A stretch of DNA of 64,000 nt, from positions 3,712,001 through 3,776,000 of the forward strand of contig OZ244653.1 of assembly GCA_965218795.1 (NCBI GenBank), in the 5' to 3' direction. Positions 1-8,611 of this stretch are shown here, piece by piece. The stretch is from a bacterium. Its GTDB lineage: Bacteria; UBA8248; JACPRG01; G963555815. Below the pieces are notes generated by a model that was not told where the DNA came from, did not search any database, and saw only the letters and a program-made list of their open reading frames with translations. Both the position numbers and the translations under genes were made by a program. How positions within the stretch are numbered: the first letter of the stretch is position 1; the number at the start of each line of letters is the position of its first letter.

Positions 1-626
1 TCCGGGTGGCAATCGCAGTGGAAGTGAAGCACTTCCCCGTGACGCTCGATGATCATCTCGGGCGTGAGGGTGTGCTCCCGGTCCCCGAGGATGCCCTCGT
101 GCACCCAGGAGAAATGTCCCAGGTCGATGAAGTTCTCGATGGCGCGGCCCGCGCCGCATTCCCAGATTCCTCTGTCCCGAATGACGACGTGGTAATTCTC
201 ATCCTCATACGCCGGGTATTCCGGAATGGGCGCCCGCGGATTCTCCGACTGGGAGACCCAGACGACGCCGTACCGCTCGGCCGCCCGGTAGCGAGTCAGA
301 CAGGCCTTCTTCGGGATGGGATGCCCGGGCGGTATGGATGGAATTCGGGTGCACCGTCCATCCGCGTTGTAGGACCAGCCGTGATAGGCGCAGACGATCT
401 CCCCGTTCTCGATCCAGCCCATGGAGATCGGGGTTCCGCGATGGACGCAGAGATCGGAGAAGGCGCTGATGGTGTCGCCCAGGCGGCAGACGACGATGTC
501 CTCGCCCAGGAGCTTGACCGGCAGGGGCTTGTCGGTCACCTCGCGGGCGTAAGCCACCGGGTGCCAGTAATCCGCCAGCGCCGGCCAGACCGTCACTTCG
601 TTCAGCTTGCCGTTTCCCGGTGTCAC
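1..626 (-). CDS. Rieske aromatic-ring oxygenase/demethylase alpha subunit (runs off the window, 3' part missing)
   Basis: Not in the ORF track. Manual translation from GTG at 626: MTPGNGKLNEVTVWPALADYWHPVA...DLCVHRGTP...VCAYHGWSY...ENFIDLGHFSWVH. Has the Rieske CxH...CxxH motif and the mononuclear-iron DxxHxxxxH motif. RBS GGAGGG upstream. Confidence 0.9.
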   Translation of the reverse strand, partial: MTPGNGKLNEVTVWPALADYWHPVAYAREVTDKPLPVKLLGEDIVVCRLGDTISAFSDLCVHRGTPISMGWIENGEIVCAYHGWSYNADGRCTRIPSIPPGHPIPKKACLTRYRAAERYGVVWVSQSENPRAPIPEYPAYEDENYHVVIRDRGIWECGAGRAIENFIDLGHFSWVHEGILGDREHTLTPEMIIERHGEVLHFHCDCHP

Positions 627-670
627 GCGCCCTCCGATTTCCCCGCATGATTTCTTGCGGGTTTCCGGCT

Positions 671-1039
671 TCAATCCACCTCGTCGTCGCTTGTGCCGGT
701 TTTCCCGACAGGGTTGACCTGGGACCAGTCCAGCACCATGTCCCGGATGAACGTGTCCCGGACGCTGGGAAGCGGCTCGATGGTCATGTCTCCCTTTTCG
801 GCGATCTCGGTGCACGCCAGCCGGGTGCGGCCGTTCACCTTGACGTGACAGGCCACGCACTTCCCGACGCGGCATGACCCGTAGAAGCAGACGGACGGGT
901 CGAGCTCGTCGTAGATATACGCCAGGATGTTGAGGATGCTCCACCCCTCTTCGATGGGCACCTGGTATTCGTCGAAATGGGGCTCTTTCTCGGTGACCGG
1001 GTTCAATCGTTCCAGTTTGACGGTGTAGGTTTTTGCCAT
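671..1039 (-). CDS. Stand-alone 2Fe-2S protein resembling the SdhB/FrdB N-terminal domain
   Basis: SCRVGKCVAC...RLAC motif and IEPL...IRDMVLD; no 4Fe-4S/3Fe-4S domain. Confidence 0.85.
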   Translation of the reverse strand: MAKTYTVKLERLNPVTEKEPHFDEYQVPIEEGWSILNILAYIYDELDPSVCFYGSCRVGKCVACHVKVNGRTRLACTEIAEKGDMTIEPLPSVRDTFIRDMVLDWSQVNPVGKTGTSDDEVD

Positions 1040-1046
1040 GGCTCCC

Positions 1047-2819
1047 TCACTCGGCGTCCCAGTACTTGTAGACCTTGCGCGGCAGCTCTATCGTCGTTGT
1101 GACGACGGGCTCGGTCCGAAGATTCATTTGATCGCCCTCCCCATAGATGATGACGTTCTTGAGCCAGTTGATTCCGTCCGTGTCGTTGAAGTCCCGGCGG
1201 AACATGGCGCCCCGGCTCTCCTCTCGGAGAAGGCTGGCTTTGCCGACCATTTCCATCATGGTCAGCAGATTCTCCGTCTGGAGGGCTTCGATCCACTCCA
1301 TGTTGTACTGGAGTAAATCGGGGTTTTTCGTGCAGACGGTTTTCTCCTGCTCCTTGAGCTCCTCGACCTTCTGGAGGGTCTCCTCCAGGTTCTTGCCGTC
1401 CCGGACGGCGTTCAGGTAGAGGTGGGACAGCCGGCGCGTCTCCTTCCGGATTTCGATGGGGCTCGCGCCGGACTTGCGGTTCAACGGAGCGAAAATTTTC
1501 TCCTTCAACGCTCCGGCCTGCTCCGCGTCCACTTCCACCCGTCCCTGCTCCTTGACGAACTTCGCGGCGGCTTCTCCGGCCCGCGGACCCCAGACCTGCG
1601 TCATGGTCAGCGCGTTTCCCGACACGCGGTTCCCGCCGTGAATGCCGCCCGTTCCCTCGCCCGCCGCGTACAGGCCGGGCACGTTGGTCTCGCAGTGCTC
1701 GTCGATCTTGACGCCGCCGGTCCAGAAGTGGCACGCCGGGGCGCACTCGATGGCGTCCTGGCTGAGGTCCGGCAGGAACTCCTTCATCTTGAAGGCTCCG
1801 TAACGCCACCGGCCGATCATCTTGGGGAGCCAGTCCGAGCTGCGGTCGAGGATGTTCCGGGGGATGTGCTTCAGAGACAGATAGGTCCCGTCATTGGGGC
1901 TTCCCCGCCCCTCCAGAACCTCCATCATCTGGGCGATGGCATTGACGTCCCGGGTGCTCTGCGCCAAGCGCATCCGGTCCCACTTGATCATATACTCCTG
2001 GCCCATCCGGTTCAGGGCCTTGGCGTCCAGGTAGGCGCTCAGCAGGTACGGAAAGTCGATGCTGTTGACGGCGTCCGGCTTGATCAGGATGTAGGGCAGG
2101 AACATGGGAAACTCCATGTCCATGAGCTCCGCGCCGGCCCGGTAGGCCGCGGCCAGGCCGTCGCCCGTCAGCTCCTCAGGGGCCGTCGTGTACCGGTACA
2201 TCCGCATCGCCCCGCCGGTGCAGAGGATGACCGCCGGCGCCTCAAAGGCGATGGTCTTCCCGTTCCGGTAGTCGAGGCCGATGGCGCCGACGCACCGCCC
2301 GGCACTCGTCAGGAGGTCGGTGAGCATGAAGGTTTCGATCAGCCGGATGCCTGGACGCTTTCGGATTTCCTGGGTCAGCACCCGGGCGAACTCCGGGCCT
2401 TCGATCCAGATCCCGCGGGGATACTGATGGCCCGGGGCGTGGGTCAGCCGTTCGATGCGGATCCCCCAGTCGACGAGATCCTTCACCCGGGGCCCCGCCT
2501 CCTCCGCGTGGATCTCGACGAGCCGCTGGTTGTTGAGCCAGTCCCCCTCGTGCACCATGTCCTCAAAGAAGGTCTGGATGCTGTCGTCCGGGTGCCCGGG
2601 CAGGTTGAAAAGCTTGATGCAGGATTGGCTGTCCACGTCGATGTCCGCATCGGCCGTCAGCGTTGCGCCGCTCTTGCCCACGAACCCTTTTGTGACCACT
2701 GTGACGGACACGCCGGCGTCGTGGGCCGAGATCGCCGCGCGCGCCCCGGCCCCTTCGCTTCCCGCAATCAGCACGTCCGTCTGGATGACCTCATCCACTA
2801 CGTCTGCCAAGCTGGCCAT
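1047..2819 (-). CDS. Succinate dehydrogenase/fumarate reductase/L-aspartate oxidase family flavoprotein
   Basis: DVLIAGSEGAGARAA, ILCTGG, TGDG, HFWTGG, GLYAAGE, HGGNRVSGNAL and REESRG motifs. Start placed at the ATG after the AGGAGG RBS. Confidence 0.9.
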   Translation of the reverse strand: MASLADVVDEVIQTDVLIAGSEGAGARAAISAHDAGVSVTVVTKGFVGKSGATLTADADIDVDSQSCIKLFNLPGHPDDSIQTFFEDMVHEGDWLNNQRLVEIHAEEAGPRVKDLVDWGIRIERLTHAPGHQYPRGIWIEGPEFARVLTQEIRKRPGIRLIETFMLTDLLTSAGRCVGAIGLDYRNGKTIAFEAPAVILCTGGAMRMYRYTTAPEELTGDGLAAAYRAGAELMDMEFPMFLPYILIKPDAVNSIDFPYLLSAYLDAKALNRMGQEYMIKWDRMRLAQSTRDVNAIAQMMEVLEGRGSPNDGTYLSLKHIPRNILDRSSDWLPKMIGRWRYGAFKMKEFLPDLSQDAIECAPACHFWTGGVKIDEHCETNVPGLYAAGEGTGGIHGGNRVSGNALTMTQVWGPRAGEAAAKFVKEQGRVEVDAEQAGALKEKIFAPLNRKSGASPIEIRKETRRLSHLYLNAVRDGKNLEETLQKVEELKEQEKTVCTKNPDLLQYNMEWIEALQTENLLTMMEMVGKASLLREESRGAMFRRDFNDTDGINWLKNVIIYGEGDQMNLRTEPVVTTTIELPRKVYKYWDAE

Positions 2820-3029
2820 TCCATCCTCCTGTTCATCGAAATCCGAGGCCGCCCCGCGGACCTGTGTCGCGCATTCGGGCGTCTTCGCGGACACTCACGG
2901 AGTGAACACTCACGGATGCGGGCGCTCCCCGCCTCCTGAATTCATGGAATAGTGGGATTTACCGGGATTTTATGGGAAATTGCCCGGCACACCCGCCTCC
3001 TGAATTCATGCGGTCCATTCCATCGTGAC

Positions 3030-4199
3030 TCAGTCGGCGGGCTGCGCGACCAGCAGATCCCGCCGGCACCGGCTGAGAATCTCGCTCCCGTCTTCGGTGA
3101 TGAGAATGTTGTCTTCCACGTGAAAGCACCCGTCTTCCCGCATCCAGCCCGGCTCGACGGTAATCACCATCCCCGGCTCAAGGACCGTGTGGTCGTACGC
3201 GGCGACGTGCGGCGGTTCGGTGATCATCGTCCCCATGCCGTGCCCGATGCGCCCGCCGGCGAAGTCGATCGCGTTGTAGTCGTATCCCGCCTTTTCGAAG
3301 AGCCCGTCGTTTACGGCCTGGACGTCCGAGCATGTCATGCCGGGCCGGACCGCCTCGATGGTCTTTTGGGTGATATCGACGATCAGGTCGTAGACGCGGC
3401 GCTGTTCGTCGGAAGGCTCGCCGAGAAACACCATCCGCGTGAAGTCGGACCAGTAATCCCCCACGCAACATCCGCCGTCCATCCAGAGGACATCCCCGGC
3501 CTTCAGGGTCCGATCGGCCGGCCCGCCGCAGGGGATGTCGTAATTTTCAGGACCCGAGTTGATGAGGAACCAGGGGCTCCCTCCGCCTCGATCCATGTGC
3601 AGCCGGATGAATTGGTCGACGACCCCGGCTTCCGTCATGCCTGCGCGGACGGTGGAGAACAGGGCTTCGTACACCTCTCCGGTGATCCGCCCGGCCTCCC
3701 GAAGCCGTTCGATCTCCGCGGGGGATTTCACCATTCGGCATCCCCAGATCACCGCCGATCCGTCCTGAAAATCGGCGGCCGGGACGGCATCGGCGATAGC
3801 TTGGAGGTCCTCGCGCGATATGCCGAGGCGTTGTTCATATCCCAGCTCACAACCGATTTTCCCGGATCCCAGCCCGGCGTCTTTCAGGGCCTGGGCGACG
3901 GTCTCTACGGGCGCGCCTCCCAGGGTTTCAAACACCCGAATGTCGTCGATATACGTGCTGCGGGCTGTCAGGTCCTTGAAGAACTTGTGAACGATGCAGA
4001 CGGGGTCGCCCGAACGCGGCAGAAGAAACGTCGTCGGGCGCGAAAAGGAGAAATCCGGATTCCCTCCGCAGAAGTAACCGTAGTTGGTCTTCTCCGTGAT
4101 GAGAAGACCGTCCAGTCCGGCCTCGTCCATTTTTCGCTGGGCGGTTTGCCACCTGGCTTCATACTCGGGTTTCGGAAACCGGTGATAATGGATCGCCAT
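3030..4199 (-). CDS. M24 (Xaa-Pro peptidase/creatinase-like) hydrolase
   Basis: VKSPAEI, D...SDFTR, GHGMG, VEPG and HVEDN metal ligands intact. Confidence 0.9.
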   Translation of the reverse strand: MAIHYHRFPKPEYEARWQTAQRKMDEAGLDGLLITEKTNYGYFCGGNPDFSFSRPTTFLLPRSGDPVCIVHKFFKDLTARSTYIDDIRVFETLGGAPVETVAQALKDAGLGSGKIGCELGYEQRLGISREDLQAIADAVPAADFQDGSAVIWGCRMVKSPAEIERLREAGRITGEVYEALFSTVRAGMTEAGVVDQFIRLHMDRGGGSPWFLINSGPENYDIPCGGPADRTLKAGDVLWMDGGCCVGDYWSDFTRMVFLGEPSDEQRRVYDLIVDITQKTIEAVRPGMTCSDVQAVNDGLFEKAGYDYNAIDFAGGRIGHGMGTMITEPPHVAAYDHTVLEPGMVITVEPGWMREDGCFHVEDNILITEDGSEILSRCRRDLLVAQPAD

Positions 4200-4216
4200 G
4201 GTTCCAGTTGTCTCCG

Positions 4217-4786
4217 TCAAGGGTTCGACGTGCCGATCACGAGGGCCTCGCAATCCTTTCCGCCGAGGGCCCGGGCGCCATGCATCCGCTCCGCGTCGAT
4301 GTAAAGACTGTCTCCCTCCTGGAGCGTCAGACGCTTGTCGCCATAGATGAATTCCAGTTCCCCTCTTAATACGAACAAGAATTCTTCTCCGGCATGGTGG
4401 GAGGTGGGTATCTCCAGGAGATCGTGGGGATAGACCAGGAGAAAGGGAGACATCCGCCGGCCTTTTCGCGGCGGGGCGAGGGAATAGTAGGTATAACCAA
4501 TCTGGTCATCGGTGAGAGAGAGCAGCGTTCGCTCATTTTTCCGAACGAGGGAGGGATCGTCGCCGTTCTCCTCGCTGAAAATCCCGGAAAGCGAAATGTT
4601 CAGGGCGGTACAGATTCGCGAGTAGGTCGAAATCGGCGAGCTCACCTTTCCGTTCTCGATTTTTGACAGGACGCTTTTCGAGATGCCGGCCTGTTCGGCC
4701 AACTGCTCCAGCGTGTATTGCTGCGATTTTCGAAGCTCCCGTATCCGGGCTCCGACCGTCTCCTCAACGGAGAGAGTTTGTTCCAT
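4217..4786 (-). CDS. XRE-family HTH-cupin transcriptional regulator
   Basis: N-terminal HTH (LAEQAGISKSVLSKIENG) plus cupin (HAGEEFLFVLRG...GDSLYIDA..MH). Confidence 0.92.
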   Translation of the reverse strand: MEQTLSVEETVGARIRELRKSQQYTLEQLAEQAGISKSVLSKIENGKVSSPISTYSRICTALNISLSGIFSEENGDDPSLVRKNERTLLSLTDDQIGYTYYSLAPPRKGRRMSPFLLVYPHDLLEIPTSHHAGEEFLFVLRGELEFIYGDKRLTLQEGDSLYIDAERMHGARALGGKDCEALVIGTSNP

Positions 4787-5075
4787 GGGTTTTCACCAGC
4801 GAGGGTTCTTCTGAGTGGAAAATAATATCATCTGATGATACTTGAGCCGGTTGAGGCTGTCAAACGTGATTTTCGGGGTTTATCGTGAGATAGACCATGA
4901 TAATCTAAAAATGACAGCTGCAAAGCGAGAAGAATTTTCTGGGTTTTATGAAGAGATCACTCTTGGCTTGCGTCCTGGTACGAGGTAGGCCGGGCGTCCC
5001 GCCCGGCAGGGGTTCCGGGTCTTGTCGATGACTGCACCCTCGAAATCCGGCTGGATTCAGCCGGCTTGGAAAAGG

Positions 5076-5936
5076 ATGCATAAGATGCCGATCTTTCGGA
5101 GGAAATATTTCGGATTGAGTGGCGGGCCCCGCTGGACGGCGGCGGGGATCCTGCTGACCCTGCTGGCCTTCCCGCCGGGGGTCTGGGCGAGATGCGCGCT
5201 GAACGTCGCCGACGGCTCGGGCGCCGCTCCGGTTCCCATGATCGTGAGGGTGTCCGGTGATGGTCTTCCGGCTGTGCCGGCGGGTCACCTGCGGGTGACC
5301 TTCCTCGGGCATTCGAGTTTTCTCGTGACGACCCCGGGCGGGGCCTCCATTGTCACCGATTACAATGATCGATTCCTTCCGGCCAGGCCGCCGCACGCGG
5401 CGACGATGAGCAACTCCCACCACCTGCACAGCTCGGAAACCATTGAGCCGGCGTTGACCCGGCCTCTGCGCGGATGGGACCCCGAAGGCGGAATTGCAAG
5501 AGTCGAAATCATGATCAAGGACGCCAAGGTCTTCAATGTCCCGACGAACTTCAGCGGGGCCGGAGGCATCCGGATCAACGGGAATTCCATTTTCATCGTG
5601 GAAGCGGCGGGCCTTTGCGTTGCTCACCTCGGCAACTTGCGGCACCTCCTCGACAAGAAGGGCTTGCGGGATCTGGGGCGGATTGACGTCCTCTTTATCT
5701 CCGCCGACGGCTCATGGACGCTCAGCCATCCGGACGCGATCCAGCTGATCCGCCAGATCAGCCCGTCTATCGTCATTCCCATGCAATATGGATTCATGGG
5801 TCCGCACCCGTTTGCGGTCGCTGCGATGCGGTACTTTCCGGTGAAAGAGTTGAACCGAAGCTCGTTTTTGATCAGCCGGAAGACGTTGCCCCGTCGCACG
5901 GAAGTGTTTTTTGTCCGGCCCCTTCAGGAAGGATAG
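5076..5936 (+). CDS. Exported MBL-fold metallo-hydrolase-like protein, paralog 1
   Basis: FLGHSSFL, SNSHHLH, AHLGNL, RIDVL, VIPMQY; hydrophobic N-terminal signal. Start uncertain. Confidence 0.85.
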   Translation: MHKMPIFRRKYFGLSGGPRWTAAGILLTLLAFPPGVWARCALNVADGSGAAPVPMIVRVSGDGLPAVPAGHLRVTFLGHSSFLVTTPGGASIVTDYNDRFLPARPPHAATMSNSHHLHSSETIEPALTRPLRGWDPEGGIARVEIMIKDAKVFNVPTNFSGAGGIRINGNSIFIVEAAGLCVAHLGNLRHLLDKKGLRDLGRIDVLFISADGSWTLSHPDAIQLIRQISPSIVIPMQYGFMGPHPFAVAAMRYFPVKELNRSSFLISRKTLPRRTEVFFVRPLQEG

Positions 5937-5938
5937 GC

Positions 5939-6841
5939 GTGAGCGTGTTCCATCAACCGTCTTTTCGATTGAAGGAATGGATGGAGCGGCGATTCGGGCC
6001 GATGGGGTGGCTCGGCTGTGTGGCGGTATGGCTGCTGCTGTCCTCCGGCATTGCGTGGGGCGCTTGCTCCCTGAACATGGTGAACGAAGACACGCCATCG
6101 GGTGGGCCGGGCGTCCCGCCCGATGGCGTTCAGGGGATCCGGCTTGTTGCATCGACCGGTCCGGATGCTGTCCCCGCCGGGCATCTGAGGATTTATTTTT
6201 CCGGACACTCAAGCTTTTACCTGGAGACGCCCGAGGGCGCGCGGATCTTCACCGATTACAATGCCCGGGATCTTCCTCCCGTGATTCCCGAGATCATCAC
6301 CATGAGCAACCCGCATCCGACGCACAGCGTGCAGGTGATCGATCCCGGCCCGGCGAAGATTCTTCGAGGCTGGAACCCGAAAGGGGGCAGTGCGAAGGTT
6401 GACCTGAAGCATAAGGACGCCCGAATCTTCAACCTCCCGACAAATCGGACGGAGATCAACGGGAAGAGCTATTTTTTGAACTCCATCTTTATCGTTGAGG
6501 CCTCAAGACTATGCGTGGCTCACCTGGGAAACCTGAATCACCTTCTTGCTCCCGAAGACGTGGGAAAACTGGGCCGTGTGGACTTGCTCTTCGTGCCGAT
6601 TGGAACCATCGGCGCGCTCAGCCCGGCGGATGCGGTGGCGGTGATCCGGCAGATCCGGGCTCCCCTCGTGATCCCGATGCACTTCGACACGACCAACCCC
6701 AATGTGTTCGTGGCGCTGGCCCGGGAGTCATTCCCGGTTAAAGTTCTGAACGGGAATCATATGTTGGTCAGCCGTGAATCCTTGCCGAAGACCACGGAGA
6801 TCGTGTTCATGCTGGTCGAGCCCGTCCCGGAAGAGAAATGA
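5939..6841 (+). CDS. Exported MBL-fold metallo-hydrolase-like protein, paralog 2
   Basis: SGHSSFYL, SNPHPTH, AHLGNLNH, VIPMHF. Confidence 0.85.
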   Translation: MSVFHQPSFRLKEWMERRFGPMGWLGCVAVWLLLSSGIAWGACSLNMVNEDTPSGGPGVPPDGVQGIRLVASTGPDAVPAGHLRIYFSGHSSFYLETPEGARIFTDYNARDLPPVIPEIITMSNPHPTHSVQVIDPGPAKILRGWNPKGGSAKVDLKHKDARIFNLPTNRTEINGKSYFLNSIFIVEASRLCVAHLGNLNHLLAPEDVGKLGRVDLLFVPIGTIGALSPADAVAVIRQIRAPLVIPMHFDTTNPNVFVALARESFPVKVLNGNHMLVSRESLPKTTEIVFMLVEPVPEEK

Positions 6842-6848
6842 GCCGCCT

Positions 6849-7733
6849 TTGAGCTTCCATCCTTGGATTTCTGCCGCAGGAAGGAAAAGTCTGTTGTCTA
6901 CAAGGATTTTTGGACCGATTGGAAGCTGGATTGCAGGGCTGATCGGCATTGGATGGGTCGGTTTCACAGGGGTGGCCTGGGGGGCATGCGTTCTCGACGT
7001 TGCGCGCAACGACCCGGCGGTCCCGGGCCCTTGGATTCGCCGGGTCTCGACCGGAGCGCCTTCCGTTCCCCCGGGGCATCTGCGGATCACCTTCAGCGGC
7101 CATTCGAGCTTCTTGATCGAGACCCCGGGCGGGGCCTCCGTCATCACCGATTACAATGCGCGAAACCTTCCCTCCGTGAGGCCGGACGTCGTCACGATGA
7201 GCAATCCTCATGACACCCACAGCAGCGATGTGGTGGACCCCGCCATCCCGATGGTCCTGAGGGGATGGAACCCTGTCCGCGGCGTCGCCCGCCATGATGT
7301 CAGGATGAAGGACGCGCGAATCTTCAGCATCCCGACGAATTTCATCGAGGCCGGGGGTATCCACACCAACGTCAATTCCATTTTCGTGGTAGAGTCGGCG
7401 GGACTCTGCGCCGCGCATCTGGGCAATCTCAATCACGTCCTCGAGACTGAAACCCTGAAGAAGCTGGGACGCATCGACGTTCTGTTCGTCCCCATCGATT
7501 CGAGATGGACGCTGAACCACGCGACCGCCATTCAGGTGATTCGGCAGGTCGGTCCCGGTTTGGTGATTCCGATGCATTATGATTTTATGTTTCCGGAGGA
7601 ATTTGCGAGCCTTGCGAGGAAGTCGTTCCGGGTCAAGGTGCTGGATCGGGGGGTCCTGCTTGTCAGCCGCAAAACCCTCCCGCGCGCAACGGAGATTCTG
7701 TTCATGCGGGACGTCCGACTGGGCGGGCCGTGA
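6849..7733 (+). CDS. Exported MBL-fold metallo-hydrolase-like protein, paralog 3
   Basis: SGHSSFLI, SNPHDTH, AHLGNLNH, VIPMHY. Start uncertain. Confidence 0.85.
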   Translation: MSFHPWISAAGRKSLLSTRIFGPIGSWIAGLIGIGWVGFTGVAWGACVLDVARNDPAVPGPWIRRVSTGAPSVPPGHLRITFSGHSSFLIETPGGASVITDYNARNLPSVRPDVVTMSNPHDTHSSDVVDPAIPMVLRGWNPVRGVARHDVRMKDARIFSIPTNFIEAGGIHTNVNSIFVVESAGLCAAHLGNLNHVLETETLKKLGRIDVLFVPIDSRWTLNHATAIQVIRQVGPGLVIPMHYDFMFPEEFASLARKSFRVKVLDRGVLLVSRKTLPRATEILFMRDVRLGGP

Positions 7734-7790
7734 CTCGGAACCTTTGATGTCCGCCTGTTCCCTATGAATCAAACCACGGAGGCTAAGAAA

Positions 7791-8531
7791 ATGGCCGTCA
7801 ATGCCCGGAACATCGAAATCAGCGTCAATGGCAATCAGGTGCCCGCCTACCTCGTTCTCCCGGAAGGTCCGGGGCCCCATCCCGGCCTTTTGATCATCGA
7901 GGAGATTTTCGGCGTCAACGATCACATCCGGGACATCTGCCGACGCTACGCAGGATACGGGTACGCCACCCTGTCCGTCGAGCTGTTCCATCGCGAAGCC
8001 GAACCCCAAACGCCGTATACCGAGTTCGAGACGGCCCGGGACAAGAGAACCCGACTCAAGGATTCCGAGGTCGCCGCGGAGATGCGCGCCGGCGTGGCTC
8101 ACCTGCGGGGACTGGACGAAGTCAACGCGGACAAGGTCGGGATTCTGGGCTACTGCATGGGCGGGCGGATGTCTTACTTTGCCGCGACCCAGATACCGGA
8201 CCTGGCCGCGTGCGTCGTTTATTACGGCGGGGGCATCGTCACCGACGCTCTGAATGAGAACACCCCTGCGGCCCCGGTCTCGCTGACGGGGGACATCCAA
8301 TGTCCCGTCATGTGCCACTTTGGTGAGACCGATCACGCGATCCCGTTGGACCAGGTGGACCAGATCCGGAAGGCCCTCGCGGATGCCGGGAAGACCCACG
8401 ACGTTTTCGTCTATGATGGCGCGGGCCACGGCTTTTTCTGCGACCAGCGGGAAGGTCATTTCCATGAGGAGGCGGCGAAGCTCTCACTGGAGCGGACGTT
8501 GGCCTTTCTGGGGAAACAAATGAAGAACTAG
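7791..8531 (+). CDS. Dienelactone hydrolase family protein
   Basis: EIFGVNDHI, GYCMGG nucleophile, FGETD, AGHGF. Confidence 0.92.
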   Translation: MAVNARNIEISVNGNQVPAYLVLPEGPGPHPGLLIIEEIFGVNDHIRDICRRYAGYGYATLSVELFHREAEPQTPYTEFETARDKRTRLKDSEVAAEMRAGVAHLRGLDEVNADKVGILGYCMGGRMSYFAATQIPDLAACVVYYGGGIVTDALNENTPAAPVSLTGDIQCPVMCHFGETDHAIPLDQVDQIRKALADAGKTHDVFVYDGAGHGFFCDQREGHFHEEAAKLSLERTLAFLGKQMKN

Positions 8532-8611
8532 ATGTTCAAGCGGATTCCACTCGTAAGGACGTTTCGGGGAAACCGATCGGAAAATCGCCGGTGGATGAAG
8601 GAGGCAGACTG

